Made by a program: the position numbers and the translations under genes. Under the pieces are notes generated by a model, which saw only the letters and a program-made list of their open reading frames with translations, searched no databases and had not been told where the DNA came from. Positions 9,026-17,414 of a DNA stretch of 64,000 nucleotides are shown here, piece after piece (the stretch's first letter is position 1; every line of letters begins with the position of its first letter). Location of the stretch: the NCBI GenBank assembly GCA_016285145.1, contig JAEEQE010000007.1, positions 13,684 through 77,683 of the forward strand. The letters run 5' to 3'. The DNA is from Bacteroidales bacterium (GTDB taxonomy: Bacteria > Bacteroidota > Bacteroidia > Bacteroidales > WCHB1-69).

Positions 9026-9031
9026 CGTCCG

Positions 9032-9466
9032 TTAGCAAAGACCATTGATTTTCTTCCATTCCGTATAAAACGCTGGGGCCTGCCATACCAGCTGGTGTTG
9101 CATGTCCAAAAACACCTGCACCGAGTGCCCTGTGACGAGAATCTCGCCGGTGCCGGCGTGGCGTATCTCATAGTCGAAAACAATCTTCGCCGCATCAGTC
9201 TCCCGGTATGTGCAGATGACCCGCAGCTTGTCGTTGAGTGTGGCGGGCCTCTTGTAATGAATGTTCAGCTCCACCAAGGGTGCGTAAAAGCCCATCTCGT
9301 ACATGTACAGGTACTCAAGATGGAAGGTCTTCCCGAAAAGCTCGCGGGCATCCTCAAAATACAGGGCGTAATTCCCGTGCCATACGATGCCCATGGAATC
9401 AACTTCGCTGAAGCGCACCTCCACTTCCTTCTCGACTTGCAATATCTTCTGGGTCATTATTTTCAA
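9032..9466 (-). CDS. Hotdog-fold acyl-CoA/ACP thioesterase (4HBT/YbgC-like)
   Basis: VRFSEVDSMGIVWHGNYALYFEDARE is a typical 4HBT motif. Confidence 0.75.
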   Translation of the reverse strand: MKIMTQKILQVEKEVEVRFSEVDSMGIVWHGNYALYFEDARELFGKTFHLEYLYMYEMGFYAPLVELNIHYKRPATLNDKLRVICTYRETDAAKIVFDYEIRHAGTGEILVTGHSVQVFLDMQHQLVWQAPAFYTEWKKINGLC

Positions 9467-9550
9467 TTTTTAAATCTAAACAGTGATTGTTAACCATCGG
9501 TTTTGTTTGCTTTTAAACAAAACACTTTCCCCTATAATTATTATTAATTG

Positions 9551-9961
9551 TTAATTGCCAATCACAAACACTTTCATATCACATTGTGCGATGCACTCCG
9601 CTGCCTGTCGTATCTCGGCGTGTACGATGATGGCCTCGAAGACCTCATTGGCGACGGTGACGGTGGTTTGCAGCATCTCGCCGGCAGCGGGCCGCCGGAA
9701 GACCTCGAAATGGTTGATGGAGCCAATAACTCCGATGCGGACGGGCTTGTCCTGGTTGAGCCATCCGATACGTGCGGCGCAGGTCTGCGCGATATTTTCC
9801 ATCAATCCCGATTCCGACAGAATCCCGTCGCGCAGGAAAATGCAGTCGGTGGGGATGCAGAAGTCGGTGCGCACCGTGATGGGGTCGCAGCTCAGAAGGT
9901 TGTCCACCATGACCATGGGCGGACGTTGCGGGATGAGTGGAAGGGCAGGTGTGGGGAACAT
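9551..9961 (-). CDS. Hotdog-fold 3-hydroxyacyl-ACP dehydratase of the APE/flexirubin type
   Basis: 136 aa (LPLIPQRPPMVMVDNLL..GLMENIAQTCAARIG) inside the PKS/FAS cluster. Confidence 0.6.
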   Translation of the reverse strand: MFPTPALPLIPQRPPMVMVDNLLSCDPITVRTDFCIPTDCIFLRDGILSESGLMENIAQTCAARIGWLNQDKPVRIGVIGSINHFEVFRRPAAGEMLQTTVTVANEVFEAIIVHAEIRQAAECIAQCDMKVFVIGN

Positions 9962-9967
9962 GTTGTC

Positions 9968-11053
9968 TTATTTGAGTTTGCACTGCATGATGCTGTGCCC
10001 GAGGCCAAGTCCGTCGTGAATGGTCTCAATGGCCAGTCCGGCGTCCGACACACAACGGGCCATGTCGCCGGAATAGTACATCTTGCTGTTTCCGTTGGCT
10101 AATGCGGTGAAATAGAGGCTGATCTGTGCCAGACAGTAGGAGGCGGTCTCAAAACGCTGGCGGTCCCAGAAGGTCTCCATGATGTAGAGTCGGCTGTCGT
10201 GGTCCATGGCAGCGGCGGCGCGGCTGAGGATGCTGGTGACCTCTTCTTCTGAGAAACAGTCGAGGAATTGGCTCATCCAGATGGCGTTGAATCCCGTGGG
10301 GAAGGGTACGCTGGGGTCCAAAAGGTTGCAGCCGTGCCCGTGGATGCGGTCGGCACCCTCTAATCCCTTGGTCTGTTCGCGCATCATGGCCAACTGTTGG
10401 GGCAGGTCCATAATGGTGACGTTGACGTGTGGGTCATGTTTCACGCATTGTGTGGCCCACCGGCCTGTGTTGCCTCCTACATCCAACAGCGTCTTGGGCT
10501 GCCGTGAAAAAACAATCTCCAAGGCCTGGGAGAAGGAATTGTCGGAGTAGAAATGGTCGAAGCCGAACCAGCTTTTCTGCACTTGCGGCGGCAGTTGCGA
10601 GAGCCCCTCGTAGATGGTGGGCCACTCGCCGAACACCTTCAGTCCTTCAGGCTTGCCGTTGAGGATGGCCTCCTCCAGACGGAACAGTCCGAGGTAGTTC
10701 ACATCATGGTTGAAGTCCATGTTCACGCGGGCCATCTCGTCGTTGAGCAGGAACCAGCCGGCCTTGGCCAGATGGAAGCGGTCGTCACGCATGGTGACGG
10801 TGCCGGTGGTCAGCGATGACTCTAACAAGACCTTGGCTCCGTAGAGCGAGATGTTGGCTCTGTCGGCCACCTCCTCCATTGTGAGCCCCTCTTTTTCATC
10901 TCCCAAAATCTGGAAGATGCCGAATTTGACCATGAGACGGGCCACTTGGAACACGATGGGCCCGAAGGCGATTTCCTGGGCCAGACGTTGTGCCTGTATG
11001 GCGGTGAAACGGTCTTTGGCGTACATTTCTTTTTGTGGAGAGGATAATTCCAT
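9968..11053 (-). CDS. SAM-dependent (O-)methyltransferase with an N-terminal dimerisation domain
   Basis: SAM motif LLDVGGNTGRWA. 361 aa, the usual size of the plant/bacterial O-MT fold. Confidence 0.7.
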   Translation of the reverse strand: MELSSPQKEMYAKDRFTAIQAQRLAQEIAFGPIVFQVARLMVKFGIFQILGDEKEGLTMEEVADRANISLYGAKVLLESSLTTGTVTMRDDRFHLAKAGWFLLNDEMARVNMDFNHDVNYLGLFRLEEAILNGKPEGLKVFGEWPTIYEGLSQLPPQVQKSWFGFDHFYSDNSFSQALEIVFSRQPKTLLDVGGNTGRWATQCVKHDPHVNVTIMDLPQQLAMMREQTKGLEGADRIHGHGCNLLDPSVPFPTGFNAIWMSQFLDCFSEEEVTSILSRAAAAMDHDSRLYIMETFWDRQRFETASYCLAQISLYFTALANGNSKMYYSGDMARCVSDAGLAIETIHDGLGLGHSIMQCKLK

Positions 11054-11073
11054 GGGATTATATTTTTTAGGAT

Positions 11074-11982
11074 TTAACGTTTTTTGGGTTCCAGCTGCCA
11101 GAAATCATACAGGTTGAACCATTGTTCCGGATATTGTTTGAGAATGTCTTCCACGGCAGTCACATACTGCCGGAGCAAGTGCTCTGTTTGCGCGGTGACA
11201 CTGGTCAGGGCTGGGTCTGCCATCAGCGGGATGATGTAGCCCTTGTAATCTCTTCTTTTCTCTTTCATCAGAAAGACGGCCAGCACCGGGATCTCCATCT
11301 GGGCGGCCAGGCGGAAGGGTCCGACGGGAAACTCGGCGGGATGCCCGAGGAAATCGACCACTTTCTTTTTGGGGCTTCCGAAGATGCGGTCGCAGTGGAT
11401 GGTGAGAATCTCGCCGTTGTCAAGGGCGTTTTTGATGGCAAACAGGTGCGACATGTCCGGCTTCACCGGGATGAGCCTGACGTGGTTTTCCTTGAAAGTG
11501 TCGATTCTCCGTTGCTGCATCTCCGGATTCTCGCCGCCGAAGATGATGCCGTTGATAGGCTTCTTGTCTTGTTTGAGGCAATGACCCAACAGTTCGAAGT
11601 TGCCGATGTGGGAACCCGCCAGCATGAAGCCGGAGGGTTGGTCCAGCAAGTTGTGGAACAGATGTTTGTCGGGGATGTCCACCGTGAACTGGTCGCTGCG
11701 TCCGGCCAGCAGGGCGAACTTGTCGATGACCACCTTGCCGAAGGTGTGCGCCGTGCGGGCCGTGGCTTTCAGAGCACGCCATCGGCTGTAGCCGTGTATC
11801 TGGTGGAAATAGTTGTAAAGGGCCCGGTTGGGCTTTCGTGATAACAGCAGGCAGAACGGGATGATCAGGTAGAGGATGGGGTAGAGGGTTGTGACCTTGA
11901 TGTGCCGCAGCAGGACGAACAGGAAATGCTGACCGAACTTGCCGCCGCTTGTTTTGCCTTGCCACTGCCGCTCTTCCGCCAT
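11074..11982 (-). CDS. LpxL/lysophospholipid acyltransferase-family protein
   Basis: N-terminal TM segment and AGSHIGNFELLGH (similar to the HxGNWE motif of lipid A late acyltransferases). Confidence 0.65.
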   Translation of the reverse strand: MAEERQWQGKTSGGKFGQHFLFVLLRHIKVTTLYPILYLIIPFCLLLSRKPNRALYNYFHQIHGYSRWRALKATARTAHTFGKVVIDKFALLAGRSDQFTVDIPDKHLFHNLLDQPSGFMLAGSHIGNFELLGHCLKQDKKPINGIIFGGENPEMQQRRIDTFKENHVRLIPVKPDMSHLFAIKNALDNGEILTIHCDRIFGSPKKKVVDFLGHPAEFPVGPFRLAAQMEIPVLAVFLMKEKRRDYKGYIIPLMADPALTSVTAQTEHLLRQYVTAVEDILKQYPEQWFNLYDFWQLEPKKR

Positions 11983-11983
11983 G

Positions 11984-12229
11984 TTATTCTTTCACTTTGT
12001 TGGCGATATAATCGTAAAACTGTCCCAGTGTCTTCACATCCTTCATCTCTTCCGGTTTGATCTTGAAACCGAAATTGCGTTCCACGATGACGACGATATC
12101 CACGAAGTCCAGACTGTCGATGCCTAAATCTTCCTTGAGCAGGGCTTCTTCTTTCAGCAGATTCTCTTCTATCTCAATCTCTTCAACTAAAAAGTTGTTC
12201 ACCGTTTTGATGACGTCTTCTCTTTGCAT
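11984..12229 (-). CDS. Acyl carrier protein (second copy)
   Basis: 81 aa with LGIDSLDFVDIVV. Confidence 0.85.
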   Translation of the reverse strand: MQREDVIKTVNNFLVEEIEIEENLLKEEALLKEDLGIDSLDFVDIVVIVERNFGFKIKPEEMKDVKTLGQFYDYIANKVKE

Positions 12230-12239
12230 ATTTATTTAA

Positions 12240-13460
12240 TTATTTGATTTTCTTAATGACCAAAGCACTGTTGGTACCGCCGAATCCGAAGGAGTTGGAG
12301 AGGTACACATCGATGTTTTTTTCTATGGTTTTGTTGATGATGTTCAAATGTTGGGAGTATTCGTCGGGATTTTCGAAGTTGATGTTAGGGGCGATGAATG
12401 AGTTGAGCATCATCAGGTTGGAATAGACGATCTCGCTGGCACCGGCCATCCAGCACTCATGGCCGGTCATGGCCTTGGTGGAGCTGATGGGGGTGTGGCA
12501 TTCGCCGAACAGAGCCTGCAGGCTCATGGCCTCGAAGGCGTCGCCCTGGAGGGTGGAGGTGGCGTGTGCGTTGATGTAGTCGATGTCCGCTGGCATCACG
12601 CCGGCATCCTGCATGGCGCGGCGCATGGCAGTGGCCGACCCGTGGTCGCTCGGCTGCGATATGTTGGCCCCGTTGGACGAGAACCCGTATCCGGCGACCT
12701 CGGCGATGATGGTTGCGCCGCGCCGGATGGCGTGTTCGTACTCTTCCAGAATCAGCGTGGCGGCACCGCCGCTGGGCACCAGCCCGTCACGGTCGCGGTC
12801 GAAGGGACGCGAGGCCTTTGTGGGGTCGTCCGTGCGGATGGAAAACGCCCCGATGCCGTCGAAACTGCCCATGGAGAGGTAGCTGGTCTCCTGCGCACCA
12901 CCGCAGATGACTACATCCTGCATCCCGTTACGGATGAAGAGCAACCCCAAGCCGATGGCGTGCGACCCGCTGGCACAAGCCGCGCTGATGGTCATGTTCA
13001 CCCCACGCAACTTGAAGATGGTGGACAAATTCATGGTTACCGTCGAGTTCATCGACTGGAAAATGGCCCCGGAACCCATCATCTGGGTGTCCTTGTATTG
13101 CATGGCTGTGGAGTGGGCCTCAATGACCGCCTTGGCTGAAGAGTCGTTGCCGTAGAAAATACCGACCTCGTTCTGGGCAAGATAGTCCATGTCGATGCCA
13201 GCGTTTTTCAAGGCTTCGGCTGTGGCCATGTAGGCGTATTCGCCCTCCTCGGCCAGACATACGCGGGAACGACGGTCCAGAACGCCTTTCAGCAGAGGAC
13301 GTTCCACAATGCCCGTCAACGGTGAACGATAGCCGTACTCCACCCGCGCGGGATCAATGCCGATGCCTGACTTGCCGGTATACAACGACTTCGTCACCTC
13401 GTCCAGATTCTTCCCCAGACAAGAGTAAATACCCATTCCCGTAATGACAACACGTCTCAT
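12240..13460 (-). CDS. Beta-ketoacyl-ACP synthase (FabB/FabF-like)
   Basis: Motifs ISAACASGSHAIG, NAHATSTLQGD, GHECWMAGASE and NSFGFGGTNSALVIKK. Confidence 0.85.
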   Translation of the reverse strand: MRRVVITGMGIYSCLGKNLDEVTKSLYTGKSGIGIDPARVEYGYRSPLTGIVERPLLKGVLDRRSRVCLAEEGEYAYMATAEALKNAGIDMDYLAQNEVGIFYGNDSSAKAVIEAHSTAMQYKDTQMMGSGAIFQSMNSTVTMNLSTIFKLRGVNMTISAACASGSHAIGLGLLFIRNGMQDVVICGGAQETSYLSMGSFDGIGAFSIRTDDPTKASRPFDRDRDGLVPSGGAATLILEEYEHAIRRGATIIAEVAGYGFSSNGANISQPSDHGSATAMRRAMQDAGVMPADIDYINAHATSTLQGDAFEAMSLQALFGECHTPISSTKAMTGHECWMAGASEIVYSNLMMLNSFIAPNINFENPDEYSQHLNIINKTIEKNIDVYLSNSFGFGGTNSALVIKKIK

Positions 13461-13521
13461 TTTGTTTTTTAACTATGAACTGTTAATTGCAAATTGTTAA
13501 TTGTAAATTGTTAATTGTTAA

Positions 13522-14250
13522 TTAGGTGTAAAGCCCCCCATTAATCGAAATCGCCTCTCCGGTGATGTAGGCGGCGTCGTCCGAGGCAAGGAAACCGACC
13601 AGAGCGGCCACCTCTTCCGGCTTGCCGAAACGTCCGGCGGGAATCATCTTCTTGAAGTCGGCCTCGTTGAAATCCTTGGTCATGTCGGTCTGGATGAAAC
13701 CGGGTGCCACAGCATTCACGGTGATGTTGCGCGATCCGATTTCCTGGGCTAATGCCTTCGTGGCTCCGATCAGGGCAGCCTTGGCCGCCGAATAGTTGGT
13801 CTGGCCTGCCTGTCCCTTCAGTCCGGAGAGAGAGGCCATGTTGATGATGCGTCCCTTGCGGTGCCCGATCATACCCTTGAGTAGCCGGCGCGTCGTGTAG
13901 AAGAAACCATTGAGGGTGGTGTTCAGCACCGACTGCCAGTCCTGGTTCTGCATGAAGACCATCAGCGTGTCTTTCCGGATGCCTGCATTGTTGACCAGCA
14001 CCCCGATATAATCGTCGGGATGGGCGGCCTGCCACGTGTCGATGGCCTGGTCCACGGCTTCGCTGTCGCACACATCGAAGGGCAATAACTCGGCCACGCC
14101 GCCCGCCTCAGCGATGATCTTCTGCGTCTCTGAAGCCGCATCACGGTTGGACTGGTAATTTATCAGGACCGGGAATCCCATGGCGGCGAGTTTTTGGCAG
14201 ACTGCTCTGCCGATTCCGCGGGAACCACCGGTAACGAGTGCATAATTCAT
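13522..14250 (-). CDS. 3-oxoacyl-ACP reductase (FabG-like SDR)
   Basis: Motifs TGGSRGIGRA, NNAG and YSAAKAA. 242 aa. Confidence 0.85.
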   Translation of the reverse strand: MNYALVTGGSRGIGRAVCQKLAAMGFPVLINYQSNRDAASETQKIIAEAGGVAELLPFDVCDSEAVDQAIDTWQAAHPDDYIGVLVNNAGIRKDTLMVFMQNQDWQSVLNTTLNGFFYTTRRLLKGMIGHRKGRIINMASLSGLKGQAGQTNYSAAKAALIGATKALAQEIGSRNITVNAVAPGFIQTDMTKDFNEADFKKMIPAGRFGKPEEVAALVGFLASDDAAYITGEAISINGGLYT

Positions 14251-14329
14251 ATTGAAGCAAAATTACTTACAGTAAAAATATTATTTTAAAAAAACGGTGC
14301 AAAAGTAGTAATTTTTTTGATATGCTTCG

Positions 14330-15256
14330 TTATCCAAGTATAGCTTTGAATGGTAGATAGTTACCGCCGTTTGGCCCGCCTTTGATGGCGAAGGTGATAT
14401 GTTGGAAGCAACCTTTGAATTCGGGCTCGGCGAGGGTCTCGCGGAAGAGCTCGGCGATGTGCTTGGGCGGATTGGCGAATGCCCCGCATCCGAAAGCCCC
14501 CAACACGAGGTTGTGCTGCCGGTTGTCGATGGCGATGCGGAAGATGGTGCGCATCTTGTCGCGCACGGTTGGGATGAGGTTGTCGGTGATTCTCTTTTCG
14601 CCACCCACAACATGCAAAGTGGGGTGATTCAAGGCGGCCACTGCGATGAAATTGACCTTCCAGGGCTCATCCAACAGTGCGTAACCTTGGCTTTCGGTAT
14701 CCCGGAAGACAGTCGCGTCGGGTGTGTAACAGCCCCCGAAATGACGGTCCATGGGATAGCTGGACGAGGAACGCGGTACTTGGTAAAGAGCTCCGAAGTC
14801 AACGAACTGGAAGAGCGAGCGGTAATAGTCAGAACAGCGGAAGAGGTATTCTTCCTGGGCGGCGGCCCCGTTCTGCACACCTCCGCCCGGGTGCGTGGCG
14901 CTGGCGAAGTTCAGCACACATACCGGCTCGTGCAGCTCCCCGAGCATCTGCCGGGCGCATACGAGTGTGTCGGCCTGCACCACTGTGACGGTGTTCGAGT
15001 AAGGTCGGGAAGTGATCTCCGGTGTGAGGTGTTTTCGGTAGTAGCGCGTCTGCACATGTATGTCCGTGTTGAAGGCGGGATCGACCTCCCGACCGCTCCG
15101 GCTGATGTAGCGGCCCTCTTTTACGATTTGTATGGTGTTGAAAAAGACTTGCTGTCGCAATTGCTTCAGGGCGACGTAGTTCATGGGATGCTGGGAGATA
15201 GCGAAACGTTCTTTCCAAAGCATGTCATCCCAGTTGGGAATGTTGTCGTTTTCCAT
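14330..15256 (-). CDS. TIGR02452-type macro-domain protein (bacterial PARG-like, DUF2263)
   Basis: LNFASATHPGGGVQNGAAAQEEYLFRCSDYY matches the signature I recall for this family. Confidence 0.65.
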   Translation of the reverse strand: MENDNIPNWDDMLWKERFAISQHPMNYVALKQLRQQVFFNTIQIVKEGRYISRSGREVDPAFNTDIHVQTRYYRKHLTPEITSRPYSNTVTVVQADTLVCARQMLGELHEPVCVLNFASATHPGGGVQNGAAAQEEYLFRCSDYYRSLFQFVDFGALYQVPRSSSSYPMDRHFGGCYTPDATVFRDTESQGYALLDEPWKVNFIAVAALNHPTLHVVGGEKRITDNLIPTVRDKMRTIFRIAIDNRQHNLVLGAFGCGAFANPPKHIAELFRETLAEPEFKGCFQHITFAIKGGPNGGNYLPFKAILG

Positions 15257-15278
15257 AGAAATAAGAATGTTAGAAAGT

Positions 15279-17123
15279 TTAAGGAGTATTGGCGGTCTTC
15301 TTCAGGATGTTGGAATCCTTGTAGTAAATGTCTTCGCGGTATTGGATACGACCATCCTCCCGCACGAAGCAGGTGAAATATTCGATGTAGAGGGGCATCT
15401 TCTTCTTCAAGGTGATGCCAGTGGGTTTCAGCTTGCGGTAGAACATGCGTTCGCTGTCGGTGAGGCGGGCGTATCGTATGGAATCCCGTTTCTGCATCTC
15501 CTCCAGAAATTTCTCGCCCTTCTCCGTGGTGGGTGCGTTCCCCACAAGGATGCCGTATTGCTCGATGGTGAGCGTGTCAAAGTCGTTGAGCTTGTATATG
15601 ACATGGGCCAGCGCGAAGGGGTTTTCCACACGCACACAGCCGTGACTGAAGGTGCGCTTCCGCCGTTTGAAGGCTCCTTTGTTGTTGGTGTCGTGCAGAT
15701 AGACGGACTCGCTGTTCGGGAAATCGAATTTGATACGGCCTAAGGCGTTGTACCGCCCCGACGACTGTATCAGCCGGTACGGGATGTTGTTGTAACTGAC
15801 CTTGTTCCAGTCGATGGAGTCCGGTACGACCTGCTTGCCGCCCCTCATGACGTACAGGTGCTCGCGTTTGATGACCGCCATGTTGTTTTTCCGCAATTTC
15901 GGCAGGTATTCGTTTTTGATGATGTCGTACGGGATGTTCCATTCCGGGTTCAGGATGATGCGGTTGATTTGGCTGTGCAGCAGGGGCGTTTCCGCCTTGT
16001 ATGCCATGATCATGCCGTGTCGTTTGCGCCCTTCGCCCGGGGCTTGTGTCTTCCCGCAACATATCCGTGTCTTGAAGGCGACTGTGTCGGCGATGAAGGC
16101 CTGAAGCGTGAAGTCGGGCAGGTTGACCTCAATGCGGTTCTCGCCCTTTTCGGGAATCACATTCCAGCGCAGTCGTTCGAGGTTGGCGGCGATGCGGTTT
16201 TGGTAGTAGGCGATGGGACGGTTCAGTTTCTCGATGGTCTCCTTGTCTAAAGAGTCGCTTTCGGGGATGGCATTGTCGCTACGGAATAGATTGATGCCGG
16301 CTATCAGCTCCGATGTCAGCAGGGTGGTGTCCGGAAAGGTCTCCGGAAGTTCGCCGGTAAGCCGGAGCCGCTGGCAGATTTTGGGCAGATGGCGGTTGGC
16401 TTGTCCCTGACGCACGTGCATCTGCGGGATGCGCGTGAAGGCGGTGTCTTTCAGCTCATGCAGGCGGCAAAGCTCCTCTTGAAGAAGGGCGTATAGCTCC
16501 ATGTTGGGCTGCATGACCCGCAGCGATTTTGGTGTGTTCTCGCTGGAAACCAGAGCTTGGTGCAGAAACAACGAGTCGGCGTATTGGGTTTCGTAAAGCC
16601 ATTTGCCTCCGTTCACCACCTTGGGATCGGTGGCCCCGAAGGCGAGGGCGTTGGCATAGCGCAGATAGTTTCCGGCGAGCATCATCTCCAGCCGGAAGAG
16701 CGTGGACATGAGGTCGCCATCCTCGATGCGGTTCTCTCGCAATCCGGCAATGATGGCAGCGATGCTGTCGTATTGGAAGTAGTTGCGCCCGATGCCGTGC
16801 TGCCACGACAGGTCGAAATAGTGGAGCAGAGTGTCGATTTTGTGCTCTTGGAACCCGTTGTACGTCCAGATAGGTGCCGCGTTTTCCTTATAATAGTCTT
16901 GGATAACGTTCAGGTATGGTATGTCCGGCATCGAATCGTTCACGCGCTGGGTGAAATACTCGATGTATTCCCTGTTATTGAACGCAGCATAGTTCTGCTT
17001 GAACCAGTGCGGTTCACGCTCGCTGCGTATCTGTTTGCAGGCCAGCAAGGTGATGGATAGCAACAGGGGGAGGATAAAACATTTTGCCGTATGCCACGGT
17101 TTTTTAATATGGATGCGGTTCAT
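15279..17123 (-). CDS. L,D-transpeptidase (YcbB-like; YkuD catalytic domain)
   Basis: Signal/lipoprotein N-terminus and the C-terminal catalytic motif FSHGCVRVENP. Confidence 0.8.
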   Translation of the reverse strand: MNRIHIKKPWHTAKCFILPLLLSITLLACKQIRSEREPHWFKQNYAAFNNREYIEYFTQRVNDSMPDIPYLNVIQDYYKENAAPIWTYNGFQEHKIDTLLHYFDLSWQHGIGRNYFQYDSIAAIIAGLRENRIEDGDLMSTLFRLEMMLAGNYLRYANALAFGATDPKVVNGGKWLYETQYADSLFLHQALVSSENTPKSLRVMQPNMELYALLQEELCRLHELKDTAFTRIPQMHVRQGQANRHLPKICQRLRLTGELPETFPDTTLLTSELIAGINLFRSDNAIPESDSLDKETIEKLNRPIAYYQNRIAANLERLRWNVIPEKGENRIEVNLPDFTLQAFIADTVAFKTRICCGKTQAPGEGRKRHGMIMAYKAETPLLHSQINRIILNPEWNIPYDIIKNEYLPKLRKNNMAVIKREHLYVMRGGKQVVPDSIDWNKVSYNNIPYRLIQSSGRYNALGRIKFDFPNSESVYLHDTNNKGAFKRRKRTFSHGCVRVENPFALAHVIYKLNDFDTLTIEQYGILVGNAPTTEKGEKFLEEMQKRDSIRYARLTDSERMFYRKLKPTGITLKKKMPLYIEYFTCFVREDGRIQYREDIYYKDSNILKKTANTP

Positions 17124-17180
17124 TTCACATTATTCATAAACGCTGCAAATATACATCTTTTCTGAATAAAATAATATTGG

Positions 17181-17339
17181 ATGATTTTTTCAGAGAATTA
17201 TGTTTTTTCCAAAACTGTGTTGTTGATATTGAGTGTTTTGAAAAGCCATCCCAACATTGACTTATCCAATTTAAGGGGCGGCATCTATTTTGTTCGTATG
17301 AATGGTGCCACTCAGAAATTCATCAAAAATATTTCGTAA
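17181..17339 (+). pseudogene. Relic of a T9SS type-A C-terminal sorting domain (52-codon ORF)
   Basis: It ends ..NIDLSNLRGGIYFVRMNGATQKFIKNIS*, the canonical last strands of a Por secretion tail, but no cargo domain lies upstream. Confidence 0.4.
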
Positions 17340-17414
17340 TCGATACTTTTTGAAAGGAAACATTGTAAAAGATGACATTGACGAAGATCTTTGCGGAGAG
17401 GTTTAGCCCTTCCA

